DNA of 64,000 nt, from contig JASJAX010000008.1 in the NCBI GenBank assembly GCA_030066755.1, positions 13,958 to 77,957 of the forward strand, given 5' to 3'. Of this stretch, positions 1-10,064 are shown in pieces (the first letter of the stretch is position 1; each line of letters begins with the position of its first letter). Source of the stretch: Acidimicrobiia bacterium. GTDB lineage: Bacteria > Actinomycetota > Acidimicrobiia > Spongiisociales > UBA5794. Position numbers and translations under genes: made by a program. The notes under the pieces were generated by a model, which saw only the letters and a list, made by a program, of their open reading frames with translations, had not been told where the DNA came from and made no database searches.

Positions 1-38
1 TGCCGGTGCGGGCAAGCGATGAGGGCGAGGGTGCCGTC

Positions 39-461
39 ATGACCGATGCACCGAAGCCGCACGTCGTCCAGCTGCGACTGGTCGTAGAGGCGGAGGACTT
101 CGATGCCGCGGTGGCGTTCTATCGCGACACTCTCGGCCTGGAACCCGAGTTCGACATCGAGAGCGACGGGGGTGCGCACGTCGTCGCTCTCCAGGTCGGC
201 CGTGCCACGCTCGAGCTCGTCAACCCGCCACAGCGCCGCCTCATCGACGACCTCGAGGTCGGTCGTGACGCGAGCGGCAAGTTCCGGGTCGCGTTCGAGG
301 TCACGGACACACGGTCCGCTACTGACCTCGCAGTGGCGGGGGGTGCCGAACTCATTGCCGCCCCGACCGAGACACCGTGGCGTTCCCTCAACTCGCGCCT
401 CGAAGCCCCCGCCGGCCTGCAAATCACCCTCTTCGAGGAGCTGGAGGAGAGTAGCGAGTAG
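39..461 (+). CDS. VOC/glyoxalase family protein
   Basis: Two beta-alpha-beta-beta-beta repeats (QLRLVV..FYRDTLGL; RVAFEV..TPW..LQITLFE); ATG at 39; the stop codon lies inside a heptamer array. Confidence 0.8.
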   Translation: MTDAPKPHVVQLRLVVEAEDFDAAVAFYRDTLGLEPEFDIESDGGAHVVALQVGRATLELVNPPQRRLIDDLEVGRDASGKFRVAFEVTDTRSATDLAVAGGAELIAAPTETPWRSLNSRLEAPAGLQITLFEELEESSE

Positions 462-528
462 CGAGTAGCGAGTAGCGAGTACTCAGACTGGCGACTGGCG
501 ACTGGCGACTGGCAACTGGCGACTGGCG
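449..528. repeat. Two adjacent heptamer tandem arrays: (GAGTAGC)x4.7 and (GACTGGC)x6
   Basis: Read directly: 449-481 and 486-528, followed by the small hairpin GGCGCC-GAA-GGCGCC (525-539). Confidence 0.95.
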
Positions 529-657
529 CCGAAGGCGCCCCAAAGGCCCTTTGTCCCTGGTACGACGCGTAGGTTTTACAGAAGATCAAATCTGCGCTGT
601 GCGTGGGTACACGCCGCATCGGAGCATCGGAAGGGATCCCGTCACAAGGAGTGGCTG

Positions 658-1755
658 ATGGCTATTGAGGTACGGAAGGTCGTTCTCGAGAGTGTGAGTG
701 ACGCATCGGGCTTGGCCGAGCTCATCGACAAGGGTGTGTTCGAGGCGGACGGCGTCATCGCCGTCGTCGGCAAGACCGAGGGCAACGGCGGCGTCAACGA
801 CTTCACCCGGATCCTCGCCGATCAGGCATTCCGCAAGGTGTTGATGGAGCGGGGGACCCGTCCCGAAGAGGAAGTTGCCGAGATCCCGATGGTGTGGTCC
901 GGGGGCACCGACGGCATCCTGTGTCCCCATGCGACCGTGTTTGCGCGTGTCGACGACAAGGAACCGGCCTCGGATGAACCGCGGCTGGCCGTGGGCTACG
1001 CCATGAGCGACACGATCCTCCCGGAGGACATCGGCCGGCCCGCCATGGTGGAGAAGGTAGCCGAGGGCGTGCGGCGAGCCATGGGCGAAGCCGGCATCAC
1101 GGATCCGGCCGACGTGCATTACGTCCAGACGAAGACTCCGTTGCTCGTCATGGAGACGATCAACGATGCGAAGGCACGAGGCCACACCGTGTTCACCGAG
1201 GATCCGCTGGAGTCGATGAACGTGTCCAACGGCACGTCGGCACTCGGCATTGCCGTTGCGCTCGGTGAGATCGATATGCCGTCGGCCGAGCAGATCGGCC
1301 ATGACCTCAGCCTGTTCTCGTCGGTGGCCTCGTGCTCGTCCGGCGTCGAACTCGATCAAGCCCAGACCGTCGTCGTGGGGAATGCGCCCGGCGCCGGTGG
1401 CCGGTATCGCATCGGCCACGACGTCATGAACGATGCGCTCGACTTCGAAGGGGTGTACCGAGCGATCCGCAACGCAGGCCTCGACCTGCCCGACCGTGCT
1501 CGGCCCGAGGACCTCGATGGACGTCTCGTCAATGTCTTCGCCAAGTGTGAGGCCGACCCCACCTCCCGCCTGCGAGGGCGGCGCCAAGTGTCCCTCGACG
1601 ACTCCGACGTGCACCACCACCGCCACATCAAGGGTGCAGTCGGCGGTGTGATCGCCGCTGCCATCAACGATGCGGCAGTGTTCGTCTCGGTGGCGGCACT
1701 CCATCAAGGTCCATCGGGTGGCGGACCCGTCGCCGCGATCGTCGATCTCGGCTGA
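658..1755 (+). CDS. bar: Barbiturase (AtzD/barbiturase ring-opening amidohydrolase family)
   Basis: [47 protein letters not shown]; barbiturase-type residues ESMNVSNG and HRHIK rather than the SRG/RHAR of cyanuric acid hydrolases; RBS AAGGAG. Confidence 0.88.
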   Translation: MAIEVRKVVLESVSDASGLAELIDKGVFEADGVIAVVGKTEGNGGVNDFTRILADQAFRKVLMERGTRPEEEVAEIPMVWSGGTDGILCPHATVFARVDDKEPASDEPRLAVGYAMSDTILPEDIGRPAMVEKVAEGVRRAMGEAGITDPADVHYVQTKTPLLVMETINDAKARGHTVFTEDPLESMNVSNGTSALGIAVALGEIDMPSAEQIGHDLSLFSSVASCSSGVELDQAQTVVVGNAPGAGGRYRIGHDVMNDALDFEGVYRAIRNAGLDLPDRARPEDLDGRLVNVFAKCEADPTSRLRGRRQVSLDDSDVHHHRHIKGAVGGVIAAAINDAAVFVSVAALHQGPSGGGPVAAIVDLG

Positions 1756-1758
1756 TTG

Positions 1759-2601
1759 GTGACCGCACCGGCGGTTGAGCAGGCGGCACCGCCGGCACTC
1801 GTTGAGGTGCCGGCGGTGGCCAGCCTCGCCGTGAGAGCCCTGGTCGCCGGACGACGCAGACGGTTCGGGGTGCTTGGAGCCTCGACCCACGCTGTGTGGC
1901 TCGACGGAGGTCACGACGTGCTCGTGCTTTCGACCCGCGATGCGACCCGGCTGCCCAACAGCGTGGAGCTGCCCTTCGATGCAGACCGAGCGTTGATGGC
2001 GAGTATTCCGCCCGGCGACACGATGCAGGTCGGCGGCGGTTTTGTCACCGGTGGACCGCTGACCGTGCGCGTCGTTCGTTGGTGGGATCCGCGGCTCGTT
2101 CTGGCGCCCGTCGCGCCGGGTGTGCTCGAGCGTCGTCTCAACGGCCTACCGGGCGAGGTCCCCGGGATCGACTCAGAGCCGCTGGCGTGTGCGATCCGGG
2201 CCCGGTGCCCCACCGGCGTACTCGACGCAGCAACCGAGCTGCTCGGTCTCGGGGACGGGTTGACCCCGGAGGCCGACGACATGGTGGCCGGCACACTGGC
2301 CGGAACTCGGTGTCTCGGTCACGCACTCGGTATGCGACGAAGCGTGGCTGCGCTCGACGCCGTTGCTCCGGTGCTGATGGCGACCGCAATGGCTCGTACG
2401 ACGACGTTCTCGGCCGCCTTGCTTCGGCACGCGCTGCGGGGCGAGGTTGCGGCTCCCGCTGCAGCTTTCCTCCGCGCCTTGGCCGGCCGTGGAGACGTTG
2501 TCGCTGCCCACACGCAATTGAGAAAGGTTGGACACTCGTCCGGTCGGGCGCTGGCGGCGGGCATCGTTCTCGCCGGGCGCACGCTGATCGCGACCGCATG
2601 A
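1759..2601 (+). CDS. DUF2877 / YlbF(AllH)-like protein
   Basis: GLGDGLTPEADD and VGHSSG motifs; adjacent to FdrA and DUF1116 genes; start 1756 (TTG) or 1759 (GTG). Confidence 0.8.
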   Translation: MTAPAVEQAAPPALVEVPAVASLAVRALVAGRRRRFGVLGASTHAVWLDGGHDVLVLSTRDATRLPNSVELPFDADRALMASIPPGDTMQVGGGFVTGGPLTVRVVRWWDPRLVLAPVAPGVLERRLNGLPGEVPGIDSEPLACAIRARCPTGVLDAATELLGLGDGLTPEADDMVAGTLAGTRCLGHALGMRRSVAALDAVAPVLMATAMARTTTFSAALLRHALRGEVAAPAAAFLRALAGRGDVVAAHTQLRKVGHSSGRALAAGIVLAGRTLIATA

Positions 2602-2617
2602 TTGAAGGAGATGCCAG

Positions 2618-4054
2618 ATGATCGCTCGGGTCGAGGTTCAGCCCGGTCGGTACCACGACTCGGTGCGCCTGATGCAGGCCAGCAAGGTGTTGCAGGAGCT
2701 TCCCGGGATCGCCGACGCCCTCGTTGCCATGGGGACCGAGCTGAACCTCAGTCTCCTCGCCGACATGGGTTTCGATGCCGACGCTGCGGCGGGTGCGGGT
2801 CCGAATGACCTGTTGCTCGCGGTCAGGGCGGAGAACGACCAGGTGATGGAAGCCGCCCGACTCGCGCTCGAAGCCGCGTTGTCCGCGAAGCCGGTTGCGT
2901 CCGGGGGTCTGGATGGACCGGAGCCGCGCACCGTAGGTTCCGTAGCCGCACGAAGCGACGCGAACGTGGCATTGCTGTCGATGCCGGGAGAGCATGTGTT
3001 CGTCGAAGCGATGGACGCGCTCGACGCCGGCCTCCACGTGATGATCTTCAGCGACAACGTTCCTCTCGAGCAGGAGATTGCGCTGAAGGCCGCCGCCTCC
3101 AACCGGGGGCTGCTCGTCATGGGGCCGGATTGCGGCACGGCCATCGTCGGCGGTGTTGGCCTCGGGTTTGCCAATGCGATGCAACCCGGACCGGTCGGCA
3201 TCGTGGGTGCTTCAGGCACGGGCATTCAAGAGCTGTGCTGCCTGCTCGACGACGCCGACGTCGGCGTCACCCATGCACTCGGTACCGGCAGTCGAGACCT
3301 CTCTGAGTCCGTGGGCGCAGTCTCCACTCTGCAGGCGCTCAGCGCACTCGACACCCATCCACCAACGGAGCTGATCGTGGTGATCTCGAAGCCCCCCGCG
3401 GCGTCCGTTGCAGCGCGAGTCCGGGGAGCAGCCGCTGCTTGCAGTACGCCCACTGTCGTCACCTTCATGGGAGAAACCACGATCGAAGAGGGCGCTGCCG
3501 AGGTGTTGATGCGGCTCGGGGTCCCCGAGCCTGCGTATCGCTCGTGGGACTCCGGAGGTGGTCCGGTGCGACAGGGAACGATCCGAGGGCTGTTCTCCGG
3601 AGGAACGCTCCGCGACGAAGCGAGGTTCATCGCCATGGCCGAAGTCGGCGAGGTCGGCACGGTCGAAACCGCAGACGGTCACTGTTTCGTCGACTATGGG
3701 GACGACGAGTACACCAAGGGTCGTGCCCACCCAATGATCGACCAAACGGTGCGGCTCGATCGGCTGGCTGCCGCTGCCGATGATGCAACCATCGGCGTCA
3801 TCCTGATGGACGTCGTGCTCGGCTACGGCGCCAACCCGGACCCGGCATCCGAGCTCACCCCGATGATCCAGCGGGCAACGGACGCAGGAGCCGCCGTGGT
3901 GGTGTCGCTCTGCGGCACGCGGGGCGACCCGCAAGGCCGAGACGAGCAAGCCGCCGCACTCAACGGCGCCGGAGCGTCGGTGTGGCTCTCCAATGCCGCG
4001 GCCGCCCGTGAAGCCGTGCGCGTCTTCGCGGCGACGAACGGAGGCACGACGTGA
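2618..4054 (+). CDS. fdrA: FdrA (AllF)-like acyl-CoA synthetase alpha-subunit family protein
   Basis: YHDSVRLM N-terminus, IFSDNV, MGPDCGTA, GASGTG, GLFSGGTL, GRAHPMID (SucD-like phospho-His), DVVLGYG. Confidence 0.88.
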   Translation: MIARVEVQPGRYHDSVRLMQASKVLQELPGIADALVAMGTELNLSLLADMGFDADAAAGAGPNDLLLAVRAENDQVMEAARLALEAALSAKPVASGGLDGPEPRTVGSVAARSDANVALLSMPGEHVFVEAMDALDAGLHVMIFSDNVPLEQEIALKAAASNRGLLVMGPDCGTAIVGGVGLGFANAMQPGPVGIVGASGTGIQELCCLLDDADVGVTHALGTGSRDLSESVGAVSTLQALSALDTHPPTELIVVISKPPAASVAARVRGAAAACSTPTVVTFMGETTIEEGAAEVLMRLGVPEPAYRSWDSGGGPVRQGTIRGLFSGGTLRDEARFIAMAEVGEVGTVETADGHCFVDYGDDEYTKGRAHPMIDQTVRLDRLAAAADDATIGVILMDVVLGYGANPDPASELTPMIQRATDAGAAVVVSLCGTRGDPQGRDEQAAALNGAGASVWLSNAAAAREAVRVFAATNGGTT

Positions 4055-5457
4055 GCGATCTCGACCAACTCCTCGACACTGAGGCATCGGTTGCAGCAGT
4101 CGGCACCGAGATGCTCGCTGCGGCCATCGATCAGCAGGGTGCCGCAGTTCACCGTGCCGATTGGCAACCACCGACACCGGGAACCGCGGCCGCGCTGGCG
4201 CGGCTCGCAGCAGGTGGGAGTACGGCCGAAGCGAACTCGACCGCCTTGACCCGAATGCTGGCCGTTCGGCCACAACTCACCGACGTCAGCACGGCGATCG
4301 AGGTGATCCCGGGCATGACCGAGCGGACGTTCCTCCACGCCGGTCCACCTCTCGAATGGGAACGCGCCAGCGGGCCGACGCGCGGAGCCCTCATCGGCGC
4401 CCTCATCTACGAGGGTCTGGCAGCCGATCCAAGTGAAGCTGAGGCGATTGCGGCGGCCGGCGAGATCGAGCTGTCACCGTGCCATCATCATTCGGCCGTT
4501 GGACCGATGGCCGGCGTCACGTCTGCGTCGATGCCGGTTGCGGTGGTCGAAGATGCTGCCGGCGATGGTGTGGCGTACTCAACGCTCAACGAAGGACTCG
4601 GGAAGGTCCTTCGATACGGTGCGTTCGCCGCGGAAGTCATTGAACGGTTGCGCTGGATGCAAGAGGTCCTCGGACCCGTACTCGGCGCAGCCCTGCGCAG
4701 CAGGGGACCGATCGGCCTCCAGTCGTTGATCGCGCAAGCGCTGCAGATGGGCGACGACGGCCACAATCGCAATCGGGCCGTGACCTCGCTGTTCCTGCGT
4801 GAGATCGGAGGTGCGCTCGTCGACGGAGCGGACGCTCCGGTGACCGACCGCAAGGCCGTCTTCGAGTTCATCGACGGCAACGACCACTTCATGCTCAATC
4901 TCGTCATGGCCGCCGGGAAGCTCGGGTCCGACGCCGCCGCCGGCGTAGCGGCATCGAGCTTGGTGACCGTCATGGCTCGGAACGGAACCGACTTCGGGGT
5001 TCGGCTGTCGGGAACGGGGGATGCCTGGTTCACGGCGCCGGCTCCGCCGGTTGATGGGCTCTACCTCGGCGCCTTCACGGAAGATGACGCCAGCCCGGAC
5101 ATCGGAGACTCGACGATCACGGAGACGGTCGGTCTCGGAGGCTTTGCGATGGCGGCGGCCCCGGCCATCGTCGGCTTTGTCGGCGGCACGGCTGCAGGCG
5201 CCGTTCGTCGCACCCTGGCGATGTACGAGATCACGCTCGGAGAGCACCCGGCGTATCAGATCCCCATGCTCGAGTTCCGTGGAACCCCCGTCGGGATCGA
5301 TGCGGCGCTCGTTGTGCGGACCGGAATCCGACCTCAGATCAACACGGGGGTTGCCGGCAAGGTCCCGGGCACCGGCATGGTCGGTGCCGGGTTGGTTGAA
5401 GCCCCCATGGAATGCTTTACAGAAGGTATAACTGCCCTAGCGGAGAGATTGGAGTAG
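4051..5457 (+). CDS. DUF1116 / YlbE(AllG)-like protein with N-terminal DWxPP segment
   Basis: LHAGPP, PCHHHSAVGPMAG, NEGLGKVLRYGA, MGDDGHNRN, MARNG, DIGDSTITE, INTG; 4-bp overlap with fdrA. Confidence 0.88.
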   Translation: MSDLDQLLDTEASVAAVGTEMLAAAIDQQGAAVHRADWQPPTPGTAAALARLAAGGSTAEANSTALTRMLAVRPQLTDVSTAIEVIPGMTERTFLHAGPPLEWERASGPTRGALIGALIYEGLAADPSEAEAIAAAGEIELSPCHHHSAVGPMAGVTSASMPVAVVEDAAGDGVAYSTLNEGLGKVLRYGAFAAEVIERLRWMQEVLGPVLGAALRSRGPIGLQSLIAQALQMGDDGHNRNRAVTSLFLREIGGALVDGADAPVTDRKAVFEFIDGNDHFMLNLVMAAGKLGSDAAAGVAASSLVTVMARNGTDFGVRLSGTGDAWFTAPAPPVDGLYLGAFTEDDASPDIGDSTITETVGLGGFAMAAAPAIVGFVGGTAAGAVRRTLAMYEITLGEHPAYQIPMLEFRGTPVGIDAALVVRTGIRPQINTGVAGKVPGTGMVGAGLVEAPMECFTEGITALAERLE

Positions 5458-5536
5458 GCGTCATCATGCCAGCGAAGGCTCCACCAGGCTTCACTGATTG
5501 CGTTTGCATCCTCAATCGGGTTGGGAGGAGATTTCC

Positions 5537-6421
5537 GTGGTGATTGCGCACGAGTTCGCATACGAACGTCCGACGACGCTCGAGGAAGCCACACGGGTGT
5601 TGACGGAACACTCCGGGTCGGTACGGCTCTTGGCTGGAGGCACCGATCTCGTCGCTTGGTTGCGCGACGACGCGGTCGCTCCGGATCTCGTGGTCGACAT
5701 CAAAGCGATCCCCGGTCTCGACACCATCGAGCTCGATGGTGACGAGCTTCACGTCGGATCGCTCGTGACCTTCACGGACTTGATCGAGTCCGAAGTAGTT
5801 GCCGAGCATGCTCCGTTGCTCATCGAAATGGCTGAGACCGTCGCGTCTCCCGGTATCCGGAATCGGGCCACCATGGTCGGCAATATCTGCTCGGCGGTCC
5901 CGTCGTGCGACGCGGGGCCGGTACTGATGGCCTACGACACGACCGTACATCTCATCGGACCGGGCGGCGCCCGGTCCGTTTCGATTGACGACTGGTTCAT
6001 CGGTCTGCGTGAGACGGCGTGTTCCGACGACGAGGTGGTCACCCACTTGACCCTTGCGCTGCGGCCGCACGGCGGGGTGTATGTGAAGCTGATGCGCTAC
6101 GGCGGAGAAGACCTCGCTCAGGCAGCCGTCGGCATCGTCGAGTACCCCGGCCACGAATACCGCGTCGCGTTTGGCGCAGTCGCCCCAACACCGATTCGGG
6201 CGCACCGCATCGAAGAAGTGCTTCGAGGGAAGCCGCTCGGTGAGGAAGTGATCGCTGATGCCGTGGCGTTGGTCCGCGACGAGATCAGCCCGATCACCGA
6301 CATGCGAGCCACCGCGGAGTACCGGGCACGGATGTGCGAGGTGATGCTCGAACGGGGGCTGGCCGCCTCCCACGAGCGACTCGAAGGCGCGGGACCTGCC
6401 TACGGCACTCGACTGATCTGA
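5537..6421 (+). CDS. Molybdenum hydroxylase FAD-binding (medium) subunit
   Basis: LAGGTDL, IRNRATMVGNIC, PITDMRATAEYR; RBS GGAGGA; start 5537 or 5540. Confidence 0.9.
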   Translation: MVIAHEFAYERPTTLEEATRVLTEHSGSVRLLAGGTDLVAWLRDDAVAPDLVVDIKAIPGLDTIELDGDELHVGSLVTFTDLIESEVVAEHAPLLIEMAETVASPGIRNRATMVGNICSAVPSCDAGPVLMAYDTTVHLIGPGGARSVSIDDWFIGLRETACSDDEVVTHLTLALRPHGGVYVKLMRYGGEDLAQAAVGIVEYPGHEYRVAFGAVAPTPIRAHRIEEVLRGKPLGEEVIADAVALVRDEISPITDMRATAEYRARMCEVMLERGLAASHERLEGAGPAYGTRLI

Positions 6422-6431
6422 GAGGACGGCT

Positions 6432-6902
6432 ATGGAGCTATCACTGAACGTCAACAACGAGGAGTGGGCCCTCGACGTTGCTCCGGCAGACGTCCTCCTC
6501 GACGTGTTGCGGGAGCGGGTTGGTACGAAGAGCCCGAAGATCGGGTGTGAGCGCGGCGACTGCGGCTCGTGCACGATTCTGATCGACGGCCGCTCAGTGC
6601 GGAGTTGCCTGGTGCTCGCCGTCGAGGCCGAGGGACACGAGATCACCACGGTTGAAGGCATCGGCGCTGATCACCTGAGCGAGTTGCAGAACCTCTTCAT
6701 CTCGAACAATTCCTTCCAATGCGGATTCTGCGCTCCGGGAATCGTGTTGTCCGCCACCGAACTGTTGGCACGCAACCCATCGCCGAGTCGCCATGACGTC
6801 CAGGAGGCCCTGTCGGGCAACCTGTGTCGCTGCACCGGGTACGAGCCGATCATCGAGGCGGTCCTGGCTGCGGGTGAGCGGAACGAGGAGGTGTCCGCAT
6901 GA
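6432..6902 (+). CDS. Molybdenum hydroxylase 2x[2Fe-2S] small subunit
   Basis: GCERGDCGSC..SC and QCGFC..NLCRCTGY. Confidence 0.93.
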   Translation: MELSLNVNNEEWALDVAPADVLLDVLRERVGTKSPKIGCERGDCGSCTILIDGRSVRSCLVLAVEAEGHEITTVEGIGADHLSELQNLFISNNSFQCGFCAPGIVLSATELLARNPSPSRHDVQEALSGNLCRCTGYEPIIEAVLAAGERNEEVSA

Positions 6903-9280
6903 CGACGACGTATCCGTTCGAAGCCGATTCGGTCGACGATGCGCTGACGGCCGTGGGCACGCCGGCGGTACGGATCGACGGCCTCGACAAGATCAGTGGA
7001 GCGGCACAGTTCGTCGATGATCTCGACTTCGGGCCCGACCTGCTGCACGGTGCGGTCGTCGAAAGCCCGCATGCGTACGCCCGGATCGTTTCGATCGACA
7101 CGAGCGCGGCCGAAGCGGCGCCGGGTGTCGTCAAGGTCATCACCGGCGAGGACTTCCCGTACAACTTCGGCATGTACATGGAGGATCGGTACATCTTCGC
7201 CCAGCACCATGTGCGCTTCGTCGGCGAGCAGGTCGCCGGTGTGATTGCCCGGACGCATCGCCAGGCGGTTCGAGCAGCCAAGCTGGTGGAGGTCGAATAC
7301 GAGGTGCTCGAGCCCCTGCTCGATCCCAAGGAGGCGGTCGCTGAAGACGCCCCGCTGATTCACCCGAACCTCGGTGACTACGCGCACGTGCCGTGGTTCT
7401 TCCCGAAGGCCGACACCAACATCGCCCACTGGCGAAAGATCCGCAAAGGTGACACGGAGAAGGCGTTCGCTGAGGCCGACTACGTACTCGAAGACACCTA
7501 TCGAGTGCCTCGCTACGCGCATTGCGCTATCGAGCCCCATGTCACAGTCGGCAAACTCGATCATGCAGGCCGACTGACGGTGTGGACGGCGTCGCAGTCG
7601 CCACACACGCAGCGGCACCTCTTCGCCGAAGCGCTGGCGCCACTCGGATTCGCCCACAAGGACGTACGGGTCATCACCCCGTACGTCGGGGGCGGATTCG
7701 GGGGGAAGGCCGGCGTGTCGATGGAGATCATCGGCGCAGCAATGGCGACGGCCGTCAAGGGGCACCCGGTCAAGCTGCGGTTCACCCGCGAGCAGGAGTT
7801 CTACAACACCTATCAACGTCAAGGTGTGGTCGCCGAACTCAAGGTCGGCGTGATGAACAACGGCACGATCACTGCGGTCGAGCACAAGCTCTACTGGGAC
7901 GCCGGCGCGTACGTCGAGTACGGCGCCAACGTCGTCAACGCCGCCGGTCTGTCGGCAACCGGGCCATATCGCGTCCCGAACATCAGCAACGATTCGTTGT
8001 GTGTGTACACCAACCTGCCACCGGGTGGTCCGTACCGCGGATTCGGGTACTCCGAATTCCACTTCGGTCTCGAGTCGCACATGGATCGCATCGCCGAAGC
8101 GATCGGAATGGATCCGGTTGATTTCCGCCGCAAGAACGCCATCGTCGAAGGCGACGAACTGTCGTACGGCGGCCATATGAACCCGTCGGGAATGATCGAA
8201 GCGATCGACAAGACGGCAGCGGCGATCGAGTGGGGCGTCGACGAGGAGTCGAAGAACCCGAACACCATCATGGGCAAGGGGGTCGCCCTGTTCTGGAAGG
8301 CCCCGGCGATGCCCCCGAACGCGTCGTCGGCGTCGTTCCTCAAGTTCAACGAGGACGGCAGCGTCAACGTGAGCGTGTCGGGCATGGAACTCGGTCAGGG
8401 GTACCTCACGGTGATGGCCCAGATCGCAGCTGAGATCCTTGGGCTGCCCGTCGAGATGGTCCGGGTCGAGACGCCCGACACGGATCGCAATCCGTACGAG
8501 TGGCAGACCGTGGCATCGCACGTGACCTGGAGCTCAGGTCTCGCCGTCGAGAAGGCTGCGATCGAAGCACGCGCCAAGATCTTCGAGGTCATCCACGAGG
8601 TCTACGGCTTCGAGGACGAGACGCTCTACCTCGAAGATCAGAAGGTGAAGTGCACCACGGATCCGGAGTTCGCCAAACCGCTCCGCGAGTTCGTGATCGA
8701 CGGTATCCAAACCGACGACGGCACCTGGCGGGGTGGTCCGATCATCGCCAGCGGCAAGTTCATGCCGGAGTTCACGAATGCGAACAGCGATCCGGAGACC
8801 GGTCAGGGTGGCCACCCCAACGTGCACTACACGGTTGGTGCGTGCGGCGTCCTGATCGAGATCGACAAGGAGACCGGCCGGATCTGGGTGCGTAAGGCGG
8901 CGCTCGCGGTCGATGCCGGGAAAGCCATCAACCCCGATCTGGTGAAGGGTCAGATCACCGGCGGCCTGGTGCAGGGACTGGCAACCGTCCTGTACGAGGA
9001 CATGCGCTTCGATGACGACGGCCGGCTCATGAACCCGAACTTCACCGACTACAAGATCCCGACGTCGTTCGACATTCCTGACGAGATGATCCCGATCATC
9101 GTCGAGGTCCCTCAGCCGGACGGCCCGTTTGGCGCCCGTGGCGTGGGCGAGCACACGATGATTGCCGCCGCACCCGTGATTGCGAACGCGGTCTACAACG
9201 CCCTCGGCGTCCGGATCAAGTCCATGCCCATCACCCAGGAGAAGATCGCGCTGGCCGTAACCGACCGGCACCACAACTGA
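6899..9280 (+). CDS. Xanthine-dehydrogenase-family molybdopterin-binding large subunit (candidate uracil/thymine dehydrogenase)
   Basis: GGGFGGK, PYRGFG, GQG, GQITGG, GVGE catalytic Glu; the substrate is inferred only from context. Confidence 0.9.
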   Translation: MTTTYPFEADSVDDALTAVGTPAVRIDGLDKISGAAQFVDDLDFGPDLLHGAVVESPHAYARIVSIDTSAAEAAPGVVKVITGEDFPYNFGMYMEDRYIFAQHHVRFVGEQVAGVIARTHRQAVRAAKLVEVEYEVLEPLLDPKEAVAEDAPLIHPNLGDYAHVPWFFPKADTNIAHWRKIRKGDTEKAFAEADYVLEDTYRVPRYAHCAIEPHVTVGKLDHAGRLTVWTASQSPHTQRHLFAEALAPLGFAHKDVRVITPYVGGGFGGKAGVSMEIIGAAMATAVKGHPVKLRFTREQEFYNTYQRQGVVAELKVGVMNNGTITAVEHKLYWDAGAYVEYGANVVNAAGLSATGPYRVPNISNDSLCVYTNLPPGGPYRGFGYSEFHFGLESHMDRIAEAIGMDPVDFRRKNAIVEGDELSYGGHMNPSGMIEAIDKTAAAIEWGVDEESKNPNTIMGKGVALFWKAPAMPPNASSASFLKFNEDGSVNVSVSGMELGQGYLTVMAQIAAEILGLPVEMVRVETPDTDRNPYEWQTVASHVTWSSGLAVEKAAIEARAKIFEVIHEVYGFEDETLYLEDQKVKCTTDPEFAKPLREFVIDGIQTDDGTWRGGPIIASGKFMPEFTNANSDPETGQGGHPNVHYTVGACGVLIEIDKETGRIWVRKAALAVDAGKAINPDLVKGQITGGLVQGLATVLYEDMRFDDDGRLMNPNFTDYKIPTSFDIPDEMIPIIVEVPQPDGPFGARGVGEHTMIAAAPVIANAVYNALGVRIKSMPITQEKIALAVTDRHHN

Positions 9281-9305
9281 GTCAAACCGAAGGAGAAGGA
9301 GCTGC

Positions 9306-10064
9306 ATGTCCGTCGACCTAGAGAAGATCCTTCGACCGGTTGACACCCCGATGAAGCCGTACGAGCCCAAGTACATGCTCTTGGCGAGCGGCGAAGCGGT
9401 GGTCGTCCGCCAGGTCGAACGTGACGAGATTCCCGATCTCTTGAAACACGTGGAGCCGCTCCTTCACGTGGAGCGCGACTTCTACGACGTGGTGGCGGCT
9501 CGGGTCTACTCCGAACTGCTGGCCCACTACCGGCACCGCTACCAGGACCAATACGTCCTCGCCGTCCAGATCGACGGCGAGCTCGCCGCCATCGTCAACG
9601 GACGCCAGGTCACGCCGAAGCTCGGTATGTCCCTGCACACGTTGGCCTTGCGGCGCGGCCTCCGGGTCGGGGCGCACGCGTTTGCCGCCAAGATGGAGTA
9701 CCACATCGACACGCTCGGCCACGACGAGGTGCTCATCGTCGCCGAGTCTCCGATCGGATTCCGTCGCTGGATGATCGAGTACAAGCTCGAGAAGCGATTC
9801 GACATCCCACACGAACTCGGTGGCGTGCCCTCGTGGGCGCTGACCCGCGAGTTGTTCGATCGGGCACGGTCGAGCCTCGTTGTAGGTCGCCGGCCGGTTC
9901 CCGATGAGCTGCTCGACAAGGCCATGGCGGCGATCTTGCCGCCGTCGGATCCGCCGACGCCACCGCTCGATCCGCTCGCCGCCACCCGGTCGATGTACGA
10001 CCCCACCGCGACCTCGTTGATGGCGCAGCGCTGGGAGATGGAAGGGAGGTCGGCCGATGCGTGA
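9306..10064 (+). CDS. GNAT-fold N-acyltransferase-like protein
   Basis: Beta-strand YVLAVQIDGELAAIVNG followed by RRGLRVG acyl-CoA-binding-like motif; in operon, RBS AAGGAG. Confidence 0.55.
   Translation: MSVDLEKILRPVDTPMKPYEPKYMLLASGEAVVVRQVERDEIPDLLKHVEPLLHVERDFYDVVAARVYSELLAHYRHRYQDQYVLAVQIDGELAAIVNGRQVTPKLGMSLHTLALRRGLRVGAHAFAAKMEYHIDTLGHDEVLIVAESPIGFRRWMIEYKLEKRFDIPHELGGVPSWALTRELFDRARSSLVVGRRPVPDELLDKAMAAILPPSDPPTPPLDPLAATRSMYDPTATSLMAQRWEMEGRSADA

Noticed and set aside
658-1755. Cyanuric acid hydrolase (AtzD/TrzD)
   Set aside because: Diagnostic positions are barbiturase-like (SNG, HIK) and the context includes a uracil-type permease
6899-9280. Aerobic CO dehydrogenase CoxL
   Set aside because: The active-site loop is PYRGFG, not AYxCSFR
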